A stretch of 64,000 bases of DNA from Planctomycetota bacterium (lineage in GTDB: Bacteria; Planctomycetota; UBA8108; SXIK01), in contig CBDCXR010000004.1 in NCBI GenBank assembly GCA_965223845.1, positions 3,712,001 through 3,776,000 on the forward strand, given 5' to 3'. Below are positions 57,932 to 64,000 of this stretch, one piece after another. The notes under the pieces were generated by a model. It saw only the letters and a list, made by a program, of their open reading frames with translations. It did not search any database and was not told the origin of the DNA. A program made the position numbers and the translations under genes. Within the stretch, counting starts at the first letter, position 1; each line of letters opens with the position of its first letter.

Positions 57932-59224
57932 TCAGGCCGGCTCCTTCTCGACGATCTCTTCCTTCTCGCGATCCCAGAAGAGCACCTTGTTCTCGCGGTA
58001 CGCCTTCACGCTCATCGCGATGCAGACCATCGTGCGGTAGCCGAGGTCGGGGCCGCAATTGAGATCCTCCTCGCGGCGAGAGCGCACACAGCGGATGAAG
58101 TTGACCATGTGGTGGTCGCGAGGCAGCGCCGGGAGCTTCAGGAGGTCTTTGCCTCCGTGTCGATCGCGGAACTTCTTGCCGTAGGTTCGCTCGTCCGGCC
58201 GAATCTCGACTCCCCCACCGACGAAGTGGAGGCTCGCCTCGTGTCCGCGGATGAGGTCGGGCAGGCCCGAAGAGTTTGCCATGCTCGAGGCGAGAACGAT
58301 CGAATGTCGCTTCGGCATGTCGATCAGGGTCATGAACGTGTCTGGGACTTCTCTCGGGCTCTGGTGTCCGTCGTCGGCATGGACCCAGATTCCACCACCG
58401 CTCGTCACGCGGTGGGGAAAGTCCGCGCCGAGAGCGAGCAGGATCGGCGCGAGCTTGTGGTAGTGGAGATCGGTGGCGATACCCCCGGAGTAGTCCCAAT
58501 ACTTGCGGAAGCGGAAGAAGTGCTCACGGTTGAAAGACTTCTTGGACGCGGAGCCGAGAAACGCTTCCCAGTCGAGATTCTCCGGGCTCGCGCTCGACTC
58601 GATGCGGTAGTTCCACTCTCCGCGAACGCTGTTTCGCGAGTAGCTCGTCTGGCTCCAGACGAGCTTTCCGAGGAGTCCGTTCGCAACCGCCTCTTTCGCG
58701 GCCCAAAACCGTCCATCCGAAGTGTGCTGAGTGCCGATCTGGAGGATCTTCTTGTGCTCGCGAATCGCGTGGTAGACCTCCTTCGCTTCGTGCGCGTAGC
58801 GCGTCCAAGGCTTCTCGCAGTAGACGTCGCAGCCGGCGGCCATCGAGTCGAGACACATCTTCGCGTGCCAATGGTCGGGGGTCGCGATGATGACGCAGTC
58901 GGCCGTCTTGCTCTCGAGGAGCTTCCGGTAGTCGTGGTATCCGACCGCCCCGGATCGCTTCGCGGCGGCCTCGCGACGCGGGCGGTAGATGTCGCAAACG
59001 CCGGTCAGCTCGAGGTCGTGCTCGTCTGACATTTTGAGAATATCGCCCACGTGTCCACGCCCGCGTCCGCCGACGCCGATGACGGCGAAGCGCAGCTTTT
59101 CGTTGGGCGAGCCCGGACCGAGGACGGTCGGCGCGCCGAGAACACCGGGAGCTCCCAGAGCAGCAAACCCGGCCCCGGCTCTCTTGACGAATTCGCGGCG
59201 GGGAAGAGGATTCGGTCGCGTCAT
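57932..59224 (-). CDS. Tat-exported Gfo/Idh/MocA-family oxidoreductase
   Basis: PRREFVK twin-arginine motif; IGVGGRG, IATPDHWH, YCEKP. Confidence 0.93.
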   Translation of the reverse strand: MTRPNPLPRREFVKRAGAGFAALGAPGVLGAPTVLGPGSPNEKLRFAVIGVGGRGRGHVGDILKMSDEHDLELTGVCDIYRPRREAAAKRSGAVGYHDYRKLLESKTADCVIIATPDHWHAKMCLDSMAAGCDVYCEKPWTRYAHEAKEVYHAIREHKKILQIGTQHTSDGRFWAAKEAVANGLLGKLVWSQTSYSRNSVRGEWNYRIESSASPENLDWEAFLGSASKKSFNREHFFRFRKYWDYSGGIATDLHYHKLAPILLALGADFPHRVTSGGGIWVHADDGHQSPREVPDTFMTLIDMPKRHSIVLASSMANSSGLPDLIRGHEASLHFVGGGVEIRPDERTYGKKFRDRHGGKDLLKLPALPRDHHMVNFIRCVRSRREEDLNCGPDLGYRTMVCIAMSVKAYRENKVLFWDREKEEIVEKEPA

Positions 59225-59402
59225 GATGGATCACCTCTAGAATGAGCGCCCAGAGAAGGCCGGCGGCGACGGCGAGCGATCGGAAGCCCCGCTCCCCGTT
59301 CGAAGTGTCATTTCAACTCAATCGCCACCTGCCCCACAGCCGAAATCCGCAAAAAGCGCAGAGCATCGCCGGGCCGTACGTTCGCGCGCGGCCGAGAGAC
59401 GG

Positions 59403-59428
59403 TGAAACTCGCACGCCCGCCGCGCGAC
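59403..59428 (+). promoter_or_regulatory. Possible ECF promoter TGAAAC-N16-CGAC
   Basis: Same -35 and spacing as the 4560-4585 site; about 130 nt before ATG 59558. Confidence 0.35.
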
Positions 59429-59557
59429 GTCTGGATGGCGAGCGTGCAATCGCACGGGTTCCGTGAGACGCTAGACGAGGTGCAGAACCCGAACGCTGAG
59501 TCGAGACGAACGCGACGGAGCGGTCGGGGAGACCGGCGGAAACGTTCTCAATTTCGC

Positions 59558-60460
59558 ATGAAGAAGCGCTGGATGGCATTGCTGACGGCAAGCGCGCTCG
59601 GGGGAGCGGCGGTAATCGCGTGGCGGGACGGAACGACGCGCGGCGGGGACTCCGTGCCGTCTCCTCGTTTGGACGCGTCGGGCGCACAAACCATTCAAGC
59701 GAGTCGAGCGGACTCAACCGGACTGGGGCGCTGGATCTCTCGCTACCTGAACGAAATCCTCGCCGCACGGATCGGCGCCCCGGGCGTCGCCGGCGATCCG
59801 GTCGTCACCATCCACCGCGAGCCGTTCAGTCAGGAGGAAGCCCGCCTTCAACTGAGCACGGAGGCGCGCGCAGCGCGCGAACGGATCGAAACCCAGGCGA
59901 TCGAGTCCCACGTGACGTTCGCGATTCCGACGGTCCCGCCGGAGCAGGCGCTGCTCTTCCTCCTGTTCAGCGACTTTCGCAGCCGGATCGAAGGGGTTGG
60001 CACACTCGAGCGGAAGCTGGAGCTGCGCGCGACCGACGCGACGAGTCCGCCACTCGAAACGCGCCCCGAGCTCGCTCCAAACGAAGTGCTCTGCTACGAG
60101 CGCCTCGTGCGACCCGAGCCTCTCGCACTTCCCACAGCGGCGTACTACGTCTTCGACGCGCGACGCGAAGGCGAGGCGTTCGTCCTTAGCTACGAGCTGT
60201 GGGAGAACACGGGCGACGATTCCCACGCGCCGATCCATCTCTCGTCGGGGCAGTTTCGCATCACGAGCGAGGGCGACGGCTCCCGCGTCCACTTGGCGTC
60301 ATTCTTCGCGGGTCAGTCTCTACCGTCCCTCTTCGACGGAATCGTCGAGAAGAAGACGATCGAGTTTCTCCGCGCCTTCGCGCAGCGAGCGAAGGACGAG
60401 GCGCCGGCCTGGCAGCCCGGGAAAGACGCGGACGCTTGGATCGAGTCCGCATCGCTCTAG
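59558..60460 (+). CDS. Hypothetical exported/anchored protein, possibly START/SRPBCC-like
   Basis: N-terminal hydrophobic helix MKKRWMALLTASALGGAAVIAW; alpha/beta body ending in a long helix; fold is a guess. Confidence 0.6.
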   Translation: MKKRWMALLTASALGGAAVIAWRDGTTRGGDSVPSPRLDASGAQTIQASRADSTGLGRWISRYLNEILAARIGAPGVAGDPVVTIHREPFSQEEARLQLSTEARAARERIETQAIESHVTFAIPTVPPEQALLFLLFSDFRSRIEGVGTLERKLELRATDATSPPLETRPELAPNEVLCYERLVRPEPLALPTAAYYVFDARREGEAFVLSYELWENTGDDSHAPIHLSSGQFRITSEGDGSRVHLASFFAGQSLPSLFDGIVEKKTIEFLRAFAQRAKDEAPAWQPGKDADAWIESASL

Positions 60461-60547
60461 CGCGGCAACGCTCGCCGAGGCGCGAGCGGAGCTCCATCTC
60501 CGCCACCGCGGATCGACGAGCGTGTGATCCCGACGAGCCCCACCGGC

Positions 60548-60967
60548 TCACCGTCCGCGCGGATTCGTTCCTCGAGGGTTGGTCGAGCGCGGCGCCCCCG
60601 GCGAGCGTTCCGCACCTCCTCGCTGACCTCGCTCGTGCAGCGGCGGGACGTAGATGAGAAGCTTGTTGCTCGGGACGTGCGGAATCACGCGCACACCCGA
60701 ACCGTAGCGGGACTGGAACAGCGGCTCGAGCGTGAGTGCGAGATCTTCGACGGGCCCGTGCTGCACCGGATAGATCAGATACTCGTTGATCTGATACGGG
60801 TGCGTGTCGCTGATCGGCGGCGGCTGCGCGGGTGCGGCCGATACGCGGTGATCTCGAGCGGGTTCCTCGACCTCGGTCTCGACGCCGGCGCAGCCCGCGA
60901 GCGAGAGCAGGAACACGGCCGCAGGCACCGCTCCGCCAGGACCGCACCATCGAGCCAGTCTCCGCAT
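60548..60967 (-). CDS. Small lipoprotein with one secretin N-domain-like (NolW-like) segment
   Basis: Lipobox LAGC; IYPVQHGPVEDLALTLEPLF...VRVIPHVPSNKLLI; start ATG 60967. Confidence 0.6.
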   Translation of the reverse strand: MRRLARWCGPGGAVPAAVFLLSLAGCAGVETEVEEPARDHRVSAAPAQPPPISDTHPYQINEYLIYPVQHGPVEDLALTLEPLFQSRYGSGVRVIPHVPSNKLLIYVPPLHERGQRGGAERSPGAPRSTNPRGTNPRGR

Positions 60968-61106
60968 CGCCTGTCTCCGCGAGCTCCGGGGGGAAGAACG
61001 AATCGTATCCCACGATTCTACCCCCGGAAATCGCCCGAGGCACGGGCGGCGCGGGAAGGCCACCGCCGTGCCGTCTCCGCCGGACGGCACAGCGACGGGT
61101 CCTCGA

Positions 61107-62192
61107 CTACGCGTCGAGCCGCATGAGCGGCTTGATCGCGTTCCCTTCGCGATCGCGGACTTTGCGGATCGATTCCGCGAGGTCCGTGAGCGGAAAGCGG
61201 TAGCTCTGAATCGGCTCGACACGCACCTTCCCGCTGTGCAGGAGCTCGACGGCCTCCGGCCACGTCGTCGGCGCGAGCCACGAGTAGCGGATCGTGCGAT
61301 CGTTGAGCATACAGTCGAGCGCGTTGAACGAGTGCACGTCGTTGTCGCCCGGGAGTCCGAAGATCACGACCGTTGACGCACGTCCCGTCGTCGAGACCGC
61401 CTGCTCGATCGCGGGGAGCGCACTGGTCGCCGCGATGGACCGATCCGCCAGCTCGCCGCCGTTCGCGTCGCGAATCGTCTGCGCGAGATCAGCGGAGTAG
61501 AAGGGCGAGCTCGAGTCCTTCGTGTTCACGACGAGGTCCGCGCCGAGCTCCTTCCCCGTCTCGAGGCGCGAATCGCGCGTTCCGACGAGGCACACCTTCC
61601 CGGCGCCGTAGATCTTCGCCATCTGAACCATCATCAGCCCGATCGGCCCCGGCCCGAAGATGCTGACGAAGTTGCCGTCCTCGATGTTGAGGTTCTTCAC
61701 GGCGTAGAGTCCACAAGCGAGCGGCTCGGTCGACGCGGCGACGTCGAGGTCCATGTCGGCTGGACACTTGACGGTCCAGTACCAATGCGAGGAGACGTAC
61801 TCGGCGAAGCCGCCGTTCACCGATACACCGGTGACCGATCCGAGATCGACGTTCGAGAGGCCGCGCTGCGTCCAGGGCGAGTCCACGCTCGACTGCACCG
61901 GATTGACGACAACGGGGTCACCCTCCTTGAATCCGCCCTTCTCCGCGGCGACGGGGCCCACCCGTGCGATCGTGCCCGACAGTTCGTGGCCGAGGACGAG
62001 AGGTCCCTTGCCGCTTTCGGTTCCGAGCGAGCTCTTTCCGAAATAGTACGCGACGTCCGAACCGCAGATCCCGGTCGCGTGCACCTTGACGAGCACTTCC
62101 TCCGGGGCGATCTCGGGAACCGCGATTTCCTCTAACTTCATCACTTCGGGTTCGTAGAAGACTTGCGCCTTCATCGTGCTCGGAACGGTCAT
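61107..62192 (-). CDS. Zn-dependent MDR dehydrogenase (sorbitol/threonine-dehydrogenase-like)
   Basis: GICGSD, LGHE, TEPLAC, GPGPIG; RBS AAGGAGG. Confidence 0.92.
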   Translation of the reverse strand: MTVPSTMKAQVFYEPEVMKLEEIAVPEIAPEEVLVKVHATGICGSDVAYYFGKSSLGTESGKGPLVLGHELSGTIARVGPVAAEKGGFKEGDPVVVNPVQSSVDSPWTQRGLSNVDLGSVTGVSVNGGFAEYVSSHWYWTVKCPADMDLDVAASTEPLACGLYAVKNLNIEDGNFVSIFGPGPIGLMMVQMAKIYGAGKVCLVGTRDSRLETGKELGADLVVNTKDSSSPFYSADLAQTIRDANGGELADRSIAATSALPAIEQAVSTTGRASTVVIFGLPGDNDVHSFNALDCMLNDRTIRYSWLAPTTWPEAVELLHSGKVRVEPIQSYRFPLTDLAESIRKVRDREGNAIKPLMRLDA

Positions 62193-62480
62193 GATTCCTC
62201 CTTGGAATTGCGCAGACCGAGGCGATCGCGAGACGGAGACCGTCGCGTCGCTCTCCGCGCGAACGAGAGTGGTCGGCAGCGTCCGTCGGTCGATCCGCGG
62301 ATCGGATCGCGCCGCCGGTCGCGCGTCGTTCTAGCTGAGAATCTATCGAGCGTGGAGCCTGCGGGCCGACCGAATCGCGCCCGCTGCTCAGCGAGGCTGA
62401 TCATGGTACGACCAACCCGAGGACCGCTTCAAGCTCGCTCCAATCCCGCGGAAAGCACCGCCGTTCGCCGCGGACGGACC

Positions 62481-63983
62481 TCAGTGAAACTTCGTGACGA
62501 TTTCGCGCTCGACCTCGTAGCGACGTCCGCCGAGCTCGAGCGTCTTCGGACCGAAGCCGCGGTAGACGTTCACGCGCTCGGCGCGAAACACCATCTTTCC
62601 TTCGAGCGAGCGGATGACGAAAAACGCCGGGGAGTCATACGACACGTCGTTCGCTCGAAGCGCGTGGAAGGCGAGAAGAAAGGGATAGCGGACGTAGAAG
62701 CCGTAGGGAGGGAGAACGAGGCCCTCCGCCTCGTCTTCGTAGTCGCCCGGACCGAAGTTGACGACGATGCGCATGTCAGGGCCGAAGTAGGTTTCGAACG
62801 CCGTTCCGGCCGGATTGAGCTTCTGCGTGAAGAGCATCACCGTTCGGCTGCGGTGGCGCGCGACGTGCGAGAGGACCTCGTAGGTATTGCGTAGGAAGAC
62901 GTCATCGGCCGACCAGCCTCGCCCTCCGGCCCACCCGTCGTCGCGCGCGAACACCCACTCGCGATTCGTTTCGCTCGCGGGAGGAGCGGGGCGCGCGTCA
63001 CCGGCGGGAAGGGCGTAGCGCGGCATCTCGCCGACGAGAAGATGCACGAGGAAAGCCGCCGGATCGTTCGGGCGGAGCGGCACCCCGCCGGCGGCGTCGA
63101 TCCGTGCGGTGTGACCGAACGTCGCGTGAACGAAAGGGACGAAGGTCGCTCCCGGAGGAGTCGCGATTCTCGTTCCCATCCCGCCGGCGAAGACGACATG
63201 CGGGAGATCTGCCGCGAGGGCCGGAGTGACTCCGATGATGCGGAAGCGCTCCTTCGCGGCCGCGAAGAACCCCGCTCGGGCCGCCGACGTCTGGGCATTC
63301 AACGGGGAAGCGTCGACTCCGGGCGGGAGGACAAAGATCGGGAGATCGTAGTCGGCGCCCTCGTCGGCCGACAAGGCGACGGCCTCGCGACCGCGGAGGG
63401 CGGCGGCTCGCCGTTCCCAGGCGACTTCTCCGTCGGGCGCGCCGGCGACATCGAGAAGCGTGTCGACCCTCGCGAGGGGAATACGAGCGCCGGTGAGGTA
63501 ACCGCGGTCTCGGAGCGATGCGAGAAGCTCGGCGCGCGCGTCCGAGGGCGGCGGCGCGGTCTCTTCGTCCCCGAGGGTGGCCGCCGCGCCATCGAACACG
63601 AAGATCGCGCGATCGATTCCGAGCTCGCCGGAAAGCCGACCCGCGTACTCCGAGAGGCGCCCGTGTTCCTCGGCGGTCTTCGGCGCCGCTCGAAACCAAG
63701 CGGCCCCGATCAGCGATCGATGACGAGGCTCGACGCCGGTCTTGTAGCGGAGGGACGCGAGCGGAGCTTCGAGAGCCTCGCGGTGGGCGCGCGCGACATC
63801 GACGACGTGCAGGTTCGATCGTCCGAGCGTCGATACGTCGACGTGACCCGAGGTCGCCGACGATTCGAGTCGTACCGAGAGTGCTCGACGACCCGGAAAC
63901 GCGTCTCCCCCGGGACGTTCCCGCGCCACTTCGACCACGATCGCGGGATCCTCCCACGAAATGAGGAGAGGACACTCGACCAT
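62481..63983 (-). CDS. Hypothetical protein, probably 5'-truncated; possibly glycoside-hydrolase-like
   Basis: 500-aa ORF whose frame stays open to the right edge; C-terminal FETYFGPDMRIVVNFG segment; function weakly supported. Confidence 0.6.
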   Translation of the reverse strand: MVECPLLISWEDPAIVVEVARERPGGDAFPGRRALSVRLESSATSGHVDVSTLGRSNLHVVDVARAHREALEAPLASLRYKTGVEPRHRSLIGAAWFRAAPKTAEEHGRLSEYAGRLSGELGIDRAIFVFDGAAATLGDEETAPPPSDARAELLASLRDRGYLTGARIPLARVDTLLDVAGAPDGEVAWERRAAALRGREAVALSADEGADYDLPIFVLPPGVDASPLNAQTSAARAGFFAAAKERFRIIGVTPALAADLPHVVFAGGMGTRIATPPGATFVPFVHATFGHTARIDAAGGVPLRPNDPAAFLVHLLVGEMPRYALPAGDARPAPPASETNREWVFARDDGWAGGRGWSADDVFLRNTYEVLSHVARHRSRTVMLFTQKLNPAGTAFETYFGPDMRIVVNFGPGDYEDEAEGLVLPPYGFYVRYPFLLAFHALRANDVSYDSPAFFVIRSLEGKMVFRAERVNVYRGFGPKTLELGGRRYEVEREIVTKFH

Positions 63984-64000
63984 CTCGCCGCTGATCAGTG

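Overview
A GC-rich, gene-dense bacterial chromosomal segment. The gene repertoire (many ECF sigma/anti-sigma pairs, LTD-CotH, FG-GAP/cytochrome c, prenyltransferase-like and HEAT proteins, a Tat-exported Gfo/Idh/MocA enzyme) suggests Planctomycetota or the PVC group; this is inference only. In order it holds: the end of a cytochrome c oxidase operon; sixA; a ~250-bp inverted-repeat element; ECF sigma + ZAS anti-sigma + protease-less tandem-PDZ protein; a divergent ECF sigma + anti-sigma/vWA(YfbK) fusion followed by two giant membrane-anchored proteins built from three homologous ~1,100-aa modules; an orphan GroES-like gene; a third ECF/anti-sigma pair; an 'iron-type' ABC transporter divergent from ppk1-ppk2 with PHO-box-like repeats between them; a SWIM-SNF2 ATPase; an LTD-CotH kinase; and sugar uptake/metabolism genes. 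No rRNA, tRNA, CRISPR array, transposase or phage gene was recognised. Best novelty candidates: (1) the ECF/vWA-linked three-module envelope system at 6.4-21.2 kb; (2) a 26-aa K/R-rich ORF absent from the ORF track (49618-49698) with its own sigma70-like promoter and RBS, resembling bS22/eL41-type ribosomal peptides; (3) the possibly phosphate-regulated ABC/ppk locus. All family calls are motif recognition by eye; no searches were run.
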